A stretch of DNA of 64,000 nt from Saxibacter everestensis (GTDB lineage Bacteria; Actinomycetota; Actinomycetes; Actinomycetales; Brevibacteriaceae): assembly GCF_025787225.1 (NCBI RefSeq), contig NZ_CP090958.1, forward strand, positions 1,968,550-2,032,549. The letters are read 5' to 3'. Positions 1-9,934 of this stretch are shown here, piece by piece. Position 1 is the first letter of the stretch. Every line of letters begins with the position of its first letter. The position numbers and the translations under genes are program-made. The notes beneath the pieces are model-generated. The model was not told the origin of the DNA. It was given only the letters and a program-made list of their open reading frames with translations, and did not search any database.

Positions 1-682
1 CGGCATTTAGCCTCAGCACGAACAGTGTGCCCCACCGGGCGGCCCCTAGATACTCCTGCCACCAGTTCTCCTCGACCACCTCGATGGGGGTGATGCGCGA
101 TTGCCCCGGAGGAAAGGGCGGGTCGAGGTTATACGCGAGGTATTGATAGTCCTCCGTCTCGTAGCGGAATGGAACCTCCATCAGGCCGGGCGCGACCCGG
201 AACGGCACGTCGTCGGAGGGCAGGGAGGAGGACCAGGTGAAGCCGGCGGAAGCCGCCTCCCGCGGGAAGTCCAGCGCCCACTCCCCCGCCGTCGTACGGA
301 ACCCTAGCGGCGCCTCACCGAGGACCTCGGCGAGCGCAGCCCGACCGCGCGTCATCTCGCGCAGCTGCCCCAGGAGATCCAGCTCATCGAAATCAAGGTG
401 CAGATCCCCGTGCACGCCGATGAGGTGGCCCTGCGCGTCGATCTCCCGAACAAGGCCCGGATGCCGACGCGCTATCTCTCCGGGGACGAACCACGTCGCG
501 AGGATCGAGGCCTCGCGCAGCACCCTCAGGAGTCTCGCCGAGCCCGCGTCGATCCCGTAGTGGCCGACCGAGCGCGACTTCACCCGGAGGTGATTCTCCG
601 GGCTGGCCGCGAGAAAGGGCAGGTCACCGTCGAGGTCGATCGTCACCACCACGCCGCAGGCGGCATCCTCAGGCCACCGCAC
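1..682 (-). CDS. polysaccharide deacetylase (NodB-homology) family protein, 3' end runs off the window
   Basis: Reverse-strand translation from a GTG at 682 reads VRWPEDAACGVVVTIDLDGDLPF...HGDLHLDFDE...RTTAGEW, with NodB-like motifs. AGGAGG sits 6 nt upstream of the GTG. Not in the ORF track because it has no stop inside the window. Confidence 0.55.
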   Translation of the reverse strand, partial: MRWPEDAACGVVVTIDLDGDLPFLAASPENHLRVKSRSVGHYGIDAGSARLLRVLREASILATWFVPGEIARRHPGLVREIDAQGHLIGVHGDLHLDFDELDLLGQLREMTRGRAALAEVLGEAPLGFRTTAGEWALDFPREAASAGFTWSSSLPSDDVPFRVAPGLMEVPFRYETEDYQYLAYNLDPPFPPGQSRITPIEVVEENWWQEYLGAARWGTLFVLRLNA

Positions 683-1496
683 GGGCGCCTCCTTCCAGGT
701 AATGTTCGACGACCTCGCCGCAGGTCGCGATCCGAAGGTTCGGGTGACCCTGCAGGTCGTCGATGAATGCCTCGAGCATCAGGAGGCGTCCGGGCGTTCC
801 GATGACCTTCGGATGCCAGATCGATACGACGGGCAGCCCCTCGTCGGCCCCCGCAAAGGCCTCCTCTCGCCACGAACGGAACACCGAGTGATAAGACGCG
901 ACGCGATCGAGGCCCGAGGGGAAGTTCGGCGCTCGGTGATAGGCGAATGCCGCGTAGTCGTCGAAGAGCGACTTCGCTGGCACCTCGGCGAGGCCACTTC
1001 CGGCGTGCCGGAACGGGAGGTCGCCGCTGCGCAGCGAGCTTGAGTACGTGTACCCGTGTTCCTTCAGCAGACCGATCGTAGCCGGATCGACGTCACCCGA
1101 GGGGGCACGGAATCCACGCGCATGATCGCCGAGGACGTCGATGAACGCCTGCTGAGACCGCTCGAGGATTCCGACCTGCTCGGCTCGCGGAAGGCCGAAG
1201 AGCGTCTCATGGCGATCCCCGTGGCCCGCCATCTCATGTCCCTCGTCCCGGATCCTTCGGCACAGCTCCGGCCAATGACGGACCACCCACCCCGGGGTGA
1301 AGAATGTTGCGCGGACGTCGGCCGCAGCGAGCAGCTCCAGAATCCGAGGAACCGCTCGATGCGGGCCGTAACTGCCGAAGACGAAGTAGCCGGGTCTGGT
1401 GCCGATCGAGCCGTCGACGAGCGCCGAACCGGACGGGCCGTCGAGATCGAACGCGAGCGCGAAGAATCCCGGGGTCGATGCATCAGCGGAGCTCAT
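669..1496 (-). CDS. polysaccharide deacetylase family protein (NodB domain)
   Basis: ORF 669..1538. FALAFDLDGP...TPGWVVRHWPEL...EGHEMAGHGDRHE is typical of the carbohydrate-esterase-4/PuuE-like fold. AGGAGGAG sits 4 nt before the internal ATG (MSSADAS), so the start is placed at 1496. Confidence 0.75.
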   Translation of the reverse strand: MSSADASTPGFFALAFDLDGPSGSALVDGSIGTRPGYFVFGSYGPHRAVPRILELLAAADVRATFFTPGWVVRHWPELCRRIRDEGHEMAGHGDRHETLFGLPRAEQVGILERSQQAFIDVLGDHARGFRAPSGDVDPATIGLLKEHGYTYSSSLRSGDLPFRHAGSGLAEVPAKSLFDDYAAFAYHRAPNFPSGLDRVASYHSVFRSWREEAFAGADEGLPVVSIWHPKVIGTPGRLLMLEAFIDDLQGHPNLRIATCGEVVEHYLEGGARAVA

Positions 1497-1570
1497 ATCG
1501 CTCCTCCTCATGGGTAGCGTGGTGTGGAATCGAAGCATCGCGACGGCTCGATCAGCCGCCCGAGCCGCGC

Positions 1571-2554
1571 TCAGGGGAGCATGCTGAGCAGGATTTTTCC
1601 CTTCTGCACGCCCGATTCGGCGTGCTCGTGAGCGCCCACCACGTCTTCGAGCGGGAACACCCGATCTACGATCGGCCGCACACGCCCGTCAGCCACCATC
1701 GGCCAGATGTCGCGCTCGACACCCTGGAGGATCCGGGCTCGCTCCTCGAGCGGGCGGTCTCGAAGCGAGGTGACATGCAACGACATCCGCTTCTCCATCA
1801 TCGCGCCCAGATCGACCTCGGCAAGTTTGCCGCCCTGCACCCCGATCATGACGATCCGGCCGTCCACGGCGGTGGCTTCGATGTTCCGCGGCAGGTACAG
1901 CGCTCCCATGTTGTCGAGAACGAGGTCGACTCCCGCACCATCGGTTTCGCGCATCACCACGTCGACGAAGTCGGATTCTCGGTAGTTGATCACGACGTCG
2001 GCTCCCAGCGAGCGGCAGAACTCGGCCTTCTCCTCGCTGCCGCAAGTCGTGAACACGCGCGCACCCAGCGCCTTCGCGATCTGGATGGCACCGGTGCCGA
2101 TGCCTCCGCCGCCGCCGTGGACCAGGAAGCTGTCCCCGCGACGGAGCCGTCCGATGTCGACCATGTTCGACCAGACCGTCGCGGCCATCTCGGGAAGCGC
2201 CCCGGCCTCCAGCAGGCTGGCTCCCTCGGGTGCCGGCAGCACGAGCGAGGCGTCGACCGTGACGCGCTCCGCATAGGCGCCTCCCGCGAGCAGCGCGCAC
2301 ACCGTGTCCCCCGCAGAGAAGGCGGTGATGTTCTCCCCCACCTCGACGATGCGCCCGCTGCATTCGAGTCCAAGGCGCTGGATCGCGCCGGGTTTGAGCC
2401 CGTAGACCCCGCGCCGCTGCAGCAGGTCGGCGAAGTTCATGCCGGCTCCGGCCACCTCGATGATCACCTCGTTCGCGGCTGGCCGAGGGTCGGTGGCCTC
2501 GATCAGGGTGAGCACCTCGGGCGCTCCGGGCTCTTGGAACTCAACAGCTTGCAT
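1571..2554 (-). CDS. qor: NADPH:quinone oxidoreductase (medium-chain dehydrogenase/reductase, Qor-like)
   Basis: MQAVEFQEPGAPEVL..., GxGxxG-like HGGGGGIGTGAIQIAKALGA, zinc-independent MDR pattern. GGAGAAG RBS precedes the ATG at 2554; the ORF start at 2614 is probably an over-extension. Confidence 0.8.
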   Translation of the reverse strand: MQAVEFQEPGAPEVLTLIEATDPRPAANEVIIEVAGAGMNFADLLQRRGVYGLKPGAIQRLGLECSGRIVEVGENITAFSAGDTVCALLAGGAYAERVTVDASLVLPAPEGASLLEAGALPEMAATVWSNMVDIGRLRRGDSFLVHGGGGGIGTGAIQIAKALGARVFTTCGSEEKAEFCRSLGADVVINYRESDFVDVVMRETDGAGVDLVLDNMGALYLPRNIEATAVDGRIVMIGVQGGKLAEVDLGAMMEKRMSLHVTSLRDRPLEERARILQGVERDIWPMVADGRVRPIVDRVFPLEDVVGAHEHAESGVQKGKILLSMLP

Positions 2555-2641
2555 GGTCTTCTCCGTTCGTTCTTGCAGCTTCGGCGGTGGCAGTGGCGAA
2601 GGGACGGCGGACACTGCAGTGACGCTGCCCGCCGCTTCGCG

Positions 2642-3481
2642 TTACTGGCCGAGATTCACCGTCACCTCGTCCACGCCGTACTCGCCGAGCCCGTACTTCT
2701 TCAGCAGCTCGTCGTAGGTCCCGTCCTTCTTGAGATCGATGACCGCCTGACGCACCTCTTCGACGAGCTCGTCGTTGCCCTTCTTGACTCCGATGCCATA
2801 CCGGTCCTCCGAGACGGGCTCACCGATGAGCGTGTAGGTGTCGGGGTTCTCCTTCAGCTGGTACGCCAGGCTCACCGTGCCGAGCATGCCTCCCGCGATG
2901 CGGTCCTGCTTCAGCTGCAGCAGCACGTCGCTGCCCTCGGGAAAGCGCATGACCTCGATCTGATCGTCGGCGGCACAGTTCTCCTGCGACCACTCCCCGA
3001 TCTTGTCGACGTAGGTGGTTCCGCTAACCGTGCCGACGGAGGTACCGCAAAGGTCCGCAGGTTTGGCGATCGACTCGGCCTGGTTGTTCGAGGTGAAGAA
3101 CTGCGGTCCGTCGATCACGTAGTCGACGAAGTCAATGGTCTTCTGGCGCTCGACCGTGTCGGACATTCCAGACATAGTGAGATCAATCCGCCCGGTCTTC
3201 AACGAGTTGATCAGCTGATCGAACTCCATCTCCTCCCACTTCGCGGTCTTTCCGAGCTTCTTGGCGATCGCTTCGCCAAGCTCGACGTCGAAGCCCGTGA
3301 ACTCCTTGGTGTCGGGATCCGTGTACTCCATGGGCGGGTAGCCGTTTGACACGCCGAACACGAGAGTGTCACTGCTCGCGGCCGTCTCTCCGCTCGCCTC
3401 GGCGTGCTTCGATCCCGCGCAGCCGGACAGTGCCAGGGCGCCGACGGCGAGGATTACCAGGGAGGTCATCTTCTTGTGCAT
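2642..3481 (-). CDS. ABC transporter substrate-binding lipoprotein, polar amino-acid (family 3) type
   Basis: Signal peptide with lipobox LALSGC, then an SBP_bac_3-like sequence (FGVSNGYPPMEYTD...DLTMSGMSDTVERQK). Confidence 0.85.
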   Translation of the reverse strand: MHKKMTSLVILAVGALALSGCAGSKHAEASGETAASSDTLVFGVSNGYPPMEYTDPDTKEFTGFDVELGEAIAKKLGKTAKWEEMEFDQLINSLKTGRIDLTMSGMSDTVERQKTIDFVDYVIDGPQFFTSNNQAESIAKPADLCGTSVGTVSGTTYVDKIGEWSQENCAADDQIEVMRFPEGSDVLLQLKQDRIAGGMLGTVSLAYQLKENPDTYTLIGEPVSEDRYGIGVKKGNDELVEEVRQAVIDLKKDGTYDELLKKYGLGEYGVDEVTVNLGQ

Positions 3482-3510
3482 CGTGTTTCTCGCTTCCTTG
3501 TACGGATGGA

Positions 3511-4272
3511 TTACTTGACGGCAGAGATGAAGGCGCGCGTGCGCTCATCCGCCGGTGTAGCCAGGACGATCTCGGGCGACCCCTTCTCGATGATGGTTCC
3601 GTCGTGCATGTAGGCGACGATGTCGGCCGCCTCTCGGGCGAAGCCGAACTCGTGGGTGACCACGATCATCGTCATACCGCTGGCGGCGAGACCCTGCATG
3701 ACCTCGAGCACCTCGCCGACGAGCTCCGGGTCGAGCGCCGAGGTCGGCTCGTCGAAGAGCATGACCTTCGGTCTCATCGCGAGGGCGCGTGCGATGGCGG
3801 CACGCTGCTGCTGCCCGCCGGATAGCTGGTTGGGGTAGCTGGCCTGCTTGTCCCCGAGACCGACCTGCTCAAGCAAGTCGGTGGCGCGCTGCTTCGCCTT
3901 CGCCGAAGACAGACCGAGCACGCGGATCGGCGCCTCGATCACGTTCTCGAGGATCGATAGGTGGGGGAAGAGGTTGAACTGTTGGAAGACCATGCCGATC
4001 TCCCGGCGCTGGGCTGTGATCTGCGAGTCCTTCAACGCCCGCAGCTTGCCGCGGTGCCACTGCGCCCCCAGGAGTTCGCCGCCAACATGGATGGCGCCCT
4101 CGTCGATGCTCTCAAGCTGGTTGATGCAGCGGAGCAACGTGCTCTTCCCGGAGCCGGATCGTCCCAGCAGGCAGAGCACTTCTCCGGAATTGACCTCGAG
4201 TTCGGCGCCCTTGAGTACCTCGACGTGGCCGAAGCTCTTGTGGACGTTCCGTAGTTGGATGAACGCGTTCAA
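3511..4272 (-). CDS. amino-acid ABC transporter ATP-binding protein (GlnQ/HisP-like)
   Basis: Walker A GRSGSGKST, signature LSGGQQQR, Walker B MLFDEPTSALD. Confidence 0.9.
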   Translation of the reverse strand: MNAFIQLRNVHKSFGHVEVLKGAELEVNSGEVLCLLGRSGSGKSTLLRCINQLESIDEGAIHVGGELLGAQWHRGKLRALKDSQITAQRREIGMVFQQFNLFPHLSILENVIEAPIRVLGLSSAKAKQRATDLLEQVGLGDKQASYPNQLSGGQQQRAAIARALAMRPKVMLFDEPTSALDPELVGEVLEVMQGLAASGMTMIVVTHEFGFAREAADIVAYMHDGTIIEKGSPEIVLATPADERTRAFISAVK

Positions 4273-5180
4273 TTTCGCCTGCCCTTCGCTGCCTTTGCCT
4301 TCGGGGTACTCGTCTGGAAACCGCGGCCGAACCGCTGTTCGAGGAAGTGCTGACCGAAACTCAGCACGGTCACGAGCACCATGTACCAGAGCGAGACCAC
4401 GAACAGCAGTTCCATGACCATGTTGTTGACCAGGTAGATCGTCTGTGCGCTGTAGAGCAGCTCGGTGTACTGGATCACCGAAGCGAGCGAGGTCATCTTC
4501 ACCATCGTGATGAACTCGTTTCCCATCGGCGGGATGATGACGCGCATCGCCTGGGGCAGGATGATGCGGCGAAGCATGAGCGATCGCGGCATCGCCAGCG
4601 CCTGCGCGGCCTCGGTCTGGCCGCGGCTGACGCTCAGAATCCCGGCGCGAATGATCTCGGAGGCGTACGCCGCCTGATGCAGCCCGAGACCGAGCAGCGC
4701 CGAGATGAACGGTGACATGACGTCGACGGTTCGCTCATCCATGATGCCGGGGATGTAGATGTACGGGACGATTAGTGCCAGGTTGTACCAGATCAGCAGC
4801 TGCACGATCTGCGGTACTCCCCGGAATACCCACACGAAGCCGTTGCTCGTAGCGCGAAGCACCGGGTTCGCCGAGAGACGCATGAGGGCGACCACGATGC
4901 CCAGCGAGACGCCGAAGAGCATGGCGAGAATCGTCATGAAGATGACGTTGCGGACGCCCTCAAGGATCGTGTCGTCGAAGAAGTACTCGCCGACGATACT
5001 CCACTCAATGTCGCCCGTGGCGAAGGCGTACACGATGAGGCCGGTGATCAGGAGGACGACCAGAGCGGTCAGCCAGCGCGTGGGGTGGCGACGAGCGATG
5101 CGTGTCGCGAATGCGGCGTCCTCGTCCGCGGTTCCCGGTCCCGGGTCGCTCGCGGGCTGCAGGCCGGTGGCCGTGGTCAT
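4269..5180 (-). CDS. amino-acid ABC transporter permease (His/Glu/Gln/Arg/opine family)
   Basis: Multi-TM protein. 4-bp overlap with the downstream ATPase gene and 4-bp overlap with the upstream lyase gene indicate translational coupling. Confidence 0.85.
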   Translation of the reverse strand: MTTATGLQPASDPGPGTADEDAAFATRIARRHPTRWLTALVVLLITGLIVYAFATGDIEWSIVGEYFFDDTILEGVRNVIFMTILAMLFGVSLGIVVALMRLSANPVLRATSNGFVWVFRGVPQIVQLLIWYNLALIVPYIYIPGIMDERTVDVMSPFISALLGLGLHQAAYASEIIRAGILSVSRGQTEAAQALAMPRSLMLRRIILPQAMRVIIPPMGNEFITMVKMTSLASVIQYTELLYSAQTIYLVNNMVMELLFVVSLWYMVLVTVLSFGQHFLEQRFGRGFQTSTPKAKAAKGRRN

Positions 5181-6658
5181 GAGCGTGCCTCCCTTAGCTG
5201 AGCGGCACCGTTGGCGATGCCTGCGTCCGTCTCGCCGAACTCCGAGAGGGCCGTCTGCAGTTCGTTCCGGATCGCCCGCTGCTGACGGATGAGAACCGCA
5301 GGCGCGGTGCCGTTCGCTCCGTCGCGGCGCGACACCGCCGATTCGAGGGTCAGCCGTTCGAGCACCTCTTCGGTGATACGGGAGTCGAGTTCGCCGAGTT
5401 CCGCGGCCGTGAGCTCTTCGATGCCAATCCCTCGCGCCTCGCAGGCCATCACCACCCGGCCGGTCACGTCATGCGCCTCGCTGAACGGGATTCCCTGCTC
5501 GGCGAGCCAGTCGGCGAGTTCCGTCGCCAGCGAGAAGCCGTCGATCGCCTGGCGTCTCATCTCGTCCTCGTTGAACTCGAGAGTGCGGATCATCCCGGTC
5601 AACGCCGGGAGGACGAGCTGCAGCGTCTCGACCGAGTCGAACGTGTAGTGCTTATCGTCGGCGAGGTCCCTGTTGTAGGCGAACGCGAGCGACTTCAGCG
5701 CCGAAAGCATCCCGATCAGGTTGGCGTGCAGGCGTCCCGTCCTGCCGCGCGCGAGTTCGGCAATATCGGGATTCTTCTTCTGCGGCATGATCGACGAACC
5801 CGTCGAGTACGAATCGTGCAGCCGAACCCACCCGAACTGACGCGAGGCCCACAGGCAGAGCTCCTCACACAGACGAGAGATGTCGGTGCCGAGCATGGCG
5901 GCGGCGTAGAGGAAGTCGACGACGTGATCCCTGCTCGACACCGCATCGATCGAGTTCGGGATCACGCCCGTGTAGCCGAGTTCCGCGGCCATCGCTTCCT
6001 GATCGGCGTGCAGCGTAGATCCGGCGAGCGCGGCAGCGCCGAGCGGAGACCGGCCGGCCGACTCCCAGGCGTGCTGCAGCCGCGTGATGTCGCGTCGAAT
6101 CGCCCACGCGTGTGCGAGCAGCTGATGCCCGAATAGAATCGGCTGCGCCGTCTGCAAGTGGGTAAACCCGGGCGCGATCGCTCCGGCCGTGTCCTCCGAG
6201 CGTGCGACGAGCGCTTCGACGAGCCCCGCGACCTCTTCGGCCAGAGGCGGAATTGTCCGCCGAAGATACAGACGCAGGTTGTTTGCCGCCTGATCGTTTC
6301 GCGAGCGTCCGGCGCGGATTGCGCCGGCCTGGGGGCCGAGTCGAGCCATCAGCTCGCGCTCGAGATACCCATGGATGTCCTCGTCACCCGCGTTCGGCTG
6401 CACGCGACCGGCCTCGTGGTCCTCCGCGATCTCCCGGAGCGCCTGGGCGATTCGCGACTGCTGCTCCGCGTCGATCACACCCGACCGGCGTAGCTCGCCG
6501 AGATGGGCGATCGATCCGGCGACATCGTCCCGCACCATGTCGAAGTACGCCTGCGGAGAGCGCGAAAGTGCTTCGAGAGCGGGAGCCGGCCCGGCAGCAA
6601 ACCGCCCTCCCCAGAGCTTCCCGCTTTCGCGCACTGTCTCGCGTGCACTGTCTGTCAT
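5177..6658 (-). CDS. argH: argininosuccinate lyase family protein (ArgH-like; fumarate-lyase superfamily), located outside an arg operon
   Basis: LWGGRFAAGP, GRSRNDQAANNLRLY, and fumarate-lyase signature GSSIMPQKKNPD. True start placed at ATG 6658 (MTDSARE) with GGAAGGA RBS; the 614-aa ORF is an upstream over-extension into the intergenic region. Confidence 0.85.
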   Translation of the reverse strand: MTDSARETVRESGKLWGGRFAAGPAPALEALSRSPQAYFDMVRDDVAGSIAHLGELRRSGVIDAEQQSRIAQALREIAEDHEAGRVQPNAGDEDIHGYLERELMARLGPQAGAIRAGRSRNDQAANNLRLYLRRTIPPLAEEVAGLVEALVARSEDTAGAIAPGFTHLQTAQPILFGHQLLAHAWAIRRDITRLQHAWESAGRSPLGAAALAGSTLHADQEAMAAELGYTGVIPNSIDAVSSRDHVVDFLYAAAMLGTDISRLCEELCLWASRQFGWVRLHDSYSTGSSIMPQKKNPDIAELARGRTGRLHANLIGMLSALKSLAFAYNRDLADDKHYTFDSVETLQLVLPALTGMIRTLEFNEDEMRRQAIDGFSLATELADWLAEQGIPFSEAHDVTGRVVMACEARGIGIEELTAAELGELDSRITEEVLERLTLESAVSRRDGANGTAPAVLIRQQRAIRNELQTALSEFGETDAGIANGAAQLREARS

Positions 6659-6779
6659 CTCAGTCCTTCCCACATCGCAAGGATTGTCATACGATTCCCG
6701 TTGATTATTACGGGGAGAGAAGAACCTCGTCAAGAGATTGGCATACAATCTCAAAAGGCGATACCGATAGGATGATAAG
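6659..6779. promoter_or_regulatory. divergent promoter/operator region between the ArgH-like operon and the GntR regulator
   Basis: 121-bp gap between divergently oriented starts. Relatively AT-rich (e.g. ccgttgattattacggggagagaagaacc). Expected site of GntR autoregulation and operon control. Confidence 0.3.
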
Positions 6780-7499
6780 ATGAACGGTAACAACCAAACG
6801 TCAACGGCATCGTCGCCGCCGGACCAGCTCTCCGTGACTGACCCGCCAGCCTCCTCGGTCGGCACCGAGTCAACCCCCGCGAGCATCGAGATCGCCAGCA
6901 AGATCAAGGACGCGATCCTCGTCGGCCGGATCCCGCTCGGCTCCCCCATCACGGAACGCTGGATCTCGGAGCAGTACGGCGTATCGCGGACGACCGTTCG
7001 CCAGGTGCTCCACCTGCTCATCTCGGACCGCTACGTGGAGCGCCAGCCGTATCGCAGCGCGAGCGTCCGCACCCTCAACGAGCGGGACCTTCGCGAGAAC
7101 CTCGATGCCAGACTCCTCCTCGAGGTCGCGGCGGCCAGGTCTTGCGCAGAAGCAGGACCACAGGAGCTCCAGCGACTGCAGGACGCGATCTCCGGTTACT
7201 CCTCGACGCTGGACACCGAGGACAGCATCGCCGCGATCAGCGCGCACAACGAGTTCCATACCGCTCTCGTTGCCGTCACCGGAAACCGGGCGCTGACCCG
7301 ATTCGAGGGCGAACTCATGCTCGACGCGTCGCTCTTCATCGAGGTCATCAACGTTCAACTCGCGGACACCACCAAGATGCGGATGGCACACGTCCGTCTC
7401 GCGGGGGCCTTCCTCGCCGGAGACGCGGCACTCGCCGAGCATCTCGTGCGGGAGCATCTGAGCATGGTGACGACTGCCACAGAGACGTTCTCGCCCTAA
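6780..7499 (+). CDS. GntR family transcriptional regulator (FadR/FCD subfamily)
   Basis: Winged-HTH GntR motif ERWISEQYGVSRTTVRQVLHLLISDRYVERQP, followed by an all-helical C-terminal FCD-like domain. Confidence 0.8.
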   Translation: MNGNNQTSTASSPPDQLSVTDPPASSVGTESTPASIEIASKIKDAILVGRIPLGSPITERWISEQYGVSRTTVRQVLHLLISDRYVERQPYRSASVRTLNERDLRENLDARLLLEVAAARSCAEAGPQELQRLQDAISGYSSTLDTEDSIAAISAHNEFHTALVAVTGNRALTRFEGELMLDASLFIEVINVQLADTTKMRMAHVRLAGAFLAGDAALAEHLVREHLSMVTTATETFSP

Positions 7500-7639
7500 G
7501 GCGGAGACACTCATCTCCACAACCTGGGCCCTCGCGACCGACACGGCCCAGAAGGCAAGGGAGTAGCCGATGGACAGTATGGCGAGCAGCGCATAGAGAT
7601 GGCAGGCACCCAGCATCCCTTGAGGTGCATCGATGGTGA

Positions 7640-7846
7640 GGGTGCTGCCACCGGCAGGGCTGTGCCATCAACGCCCACAACGGAACGACACCTATCAGCT
7701 CACTTTCCATCTCGACTACGCGCCAGAACGGCATCACCGAGGACGAGCTGAAAGAAGCGATTCTGCATCTCGCGTTCTACACCGGATGGCCCAACGGCAT
7801 GAGTGCGATGACCGTTGTCAAGAACATCTTCACAGGGAACGGCTGA
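7640..7846 (+). pseudogene. remnant of a carboxymuconolactone decarboxylase/AhpD-like (CMD) family gene, C-terminal ~69 codons only
   Basis: Frame +2 reads ...GCAINAHNGTTP...NGITEDELKEAILHLAFYTGWPNGMSAMTVVKNIFTGNG*, which has the CMD C-terminal signature. It has no start codon and an in-frame TGA lies immediately upstream. The 140 bp between gntR and this fragment has no matching N-terminal frame. Confidence 0.4.
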
Positions 7847-7895
7847 CCCCACTCCACGGCGAGTGAGCGCAGGTCCAGCGGTGGGCAGTACCGCC

Positions 7896-9026
7896 TCAGA
7901 TCCGCAGGGTGTCCAGCGCGGAGGTGAGACGGGCGACGGTGCCATCGACATCGTTGAGCTTGTCGAGGCCGAACAGTCCCAGCCGGAAGGACGAGAACGT
8001 TTCCGGTTCGCCGCAGTGCAGCGGCACACCCCCGGCGACCTGGATTCCGGCCTCCTTGAAGCGGGCACCGGTGCGCAACTGCGGGTCATCGGAGTAGACA
8101 ACGATGACGGAGGGTGCGGCGACCTCGGCGGCCGCGACCGAGGGCAGGCCGCGTTCGGCCAGCAGCGCCCTTACGCGTGCGCCAAGGTCGAACTGGGCTG
8201 CGCGCAAGGTATCGAGGCCACTGTCCCGGGTTTCGAGCATGAGGGTCGCGTTGTGCGCGAGCGCATCGGTGGGCATCGTCGTGTGGTAGGGCGCTCTGCC
8301 CTGCTGGTACTCATCCGTAATGAAGAGCCACTTCGCTAGGTCCAAGGAGAAGCTCGAGGATGGACGGGCTTCCACTGCCTCGCGGGCGGCGTCGTTGAGC
8401 ATCGCGTACCCGGCGGCGGGCGAGCCTGACCAACCCTTCTGTGGGGCGCTGATGAGGACATCCACGCCCAGATCCTGCATCGAGACCCAGATCGCGCCGG
8501 AAGCAATGCAGTCGATCACAAGCAGCCCGCCGACTGCGTGTGCGGCCTGGGCGAGCGCGCGGATGTAGTCGTCAGGAAGGAGCATCCCGGCTGCGGTCTC
8601 TACATGGGGCGCGAAGACCACCTCTGGACGCTGTTGCTCGATCAGCTCCACCACCTCGTCGATGGGTGCAGGTTCCCAGGCGGCCTGGTGGCCGTCCTCC
8701 ACCTGGCGTGCCGAACAGACGGTGACCTCCGGGGAGATCGCTCCGGCCTCGAGGATCTGCGACCAGCGGTAGGAGAAGAGGCCATTGCGGATCACGAGGC
8801 AGCGGCGATCGGTTGCCAGTGAGCGCGCGACGGCCTCCATCGCATAGCTTCCGCCGCCGGGGACAACTGCGACGTGACCAGCCTGGTAAGTGGTGCGCAG
8901 GACGTCTGCGATGTCTTGCATCACGCCCACGAACCGCTGGGACATGTGGTTAAGCGAACGGTCAGTGAAGACCACCGAGTACTCGAGGAGACCCTCGGGA
9001 TCGACGTCATCATGCGGAAGCTTCAT
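7896..9026 (-). CDS. class V pyridoxal-phosphate aminotransferase (alanine-glyoxylate/serine-pyruvate/PhnW-like)
   Basis: AGXT-family architecture, with the putative PLP lysine in ISAPQKGWSG. GAAGGGA RBS sits upstream of the ATG at 9026. Confidence 0.8.
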   Translation of the reverse strand: MKLPHDDVDPEGLLEYSVVFTDRSLNHMSQRFVGVMQDIADVLRTTYQAGHVAVVPGGGSYAMEAVARSLATDRRCLVIRNGLFSYRWSQILEAGAISPEVTVCSARQVEDGHQAAWEPAPIDEVVELIEQQRPEVVFAPHVETAAGMLLPDDYIRALAQAAHAVGGLLVIDCIASGAIWVSMQDLGVDVLISAPQKGWSGSPAAGYAMLNDAAREAVEARPSSSFSLDLAKWLFITDEYQQGRAPYHTTMPTDALAHNATLMLETRDSGLDTLRAAQFDLGARVRALLAERGLPSVAAAEVAAPSVIVVYSDDPQLRTGARFKEAGIQVAGGVPLHCGEPETFSSFRLGLFGLDKLNDVDGTVARLTSALDTLRI

Positions 9027-9339
9027 CGTGGAATCCCTTCACACCATCGGAACCTCTGGCCGCGGCAGTCCCTTCTGCACGCCTGCGCTGTCACTTTACG
9101 TCAGAAATGTGGAGGCCGAAGCGGGCTGGGGGTCAAGACGGGTTGCCGAACGGCTGCTGGGCGGGATCCCTGCTGCCGTCAGTCACCGTTTCGATCGACA
9201 TCGCGGTGTGGTTCCTCACCGATTACTCCGGCACCCAGTTTTGTCCGGCCCGCCGACGTAATTTCGCGGCGCAGGTGATCGCAGTAAAGCCCTCCTTCAG
9301 CTCGATCATCGGGCACGCCGGTGTGATGAAGCCCCGTGG

Positions 9340-9888
<549 letters not shown>

Positions 9889-9934
9889 GACTTAAGGATA
9901 AGCAGCCTGAAACGAGAAAACGAGGGCCAATCGT

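Noticed and set aside
1304-3349. 681-aa plus-strand ORF
   Set aside because: It runs antisense across the qor and substrate-binding-protein genes, both of which have strong family signatures. It is Arg/His/Asp-rich nonsense typical of GC-rich antisense frames.
5177-7021. 614-aa extended form of the lyase ORF
   Set aside because: The first 121 codons lack homology and cross the divergent promoter region. An internal ATG at 6658 with a good RBS gives a canonical ArgH N-terminus.
6870-7616. 248-aa minus-strand ORF and 7142..7639 plus-strand ORF
   Set aside because: Both overlap the well-supported GntR regulator gene in other frames, with no motifs.
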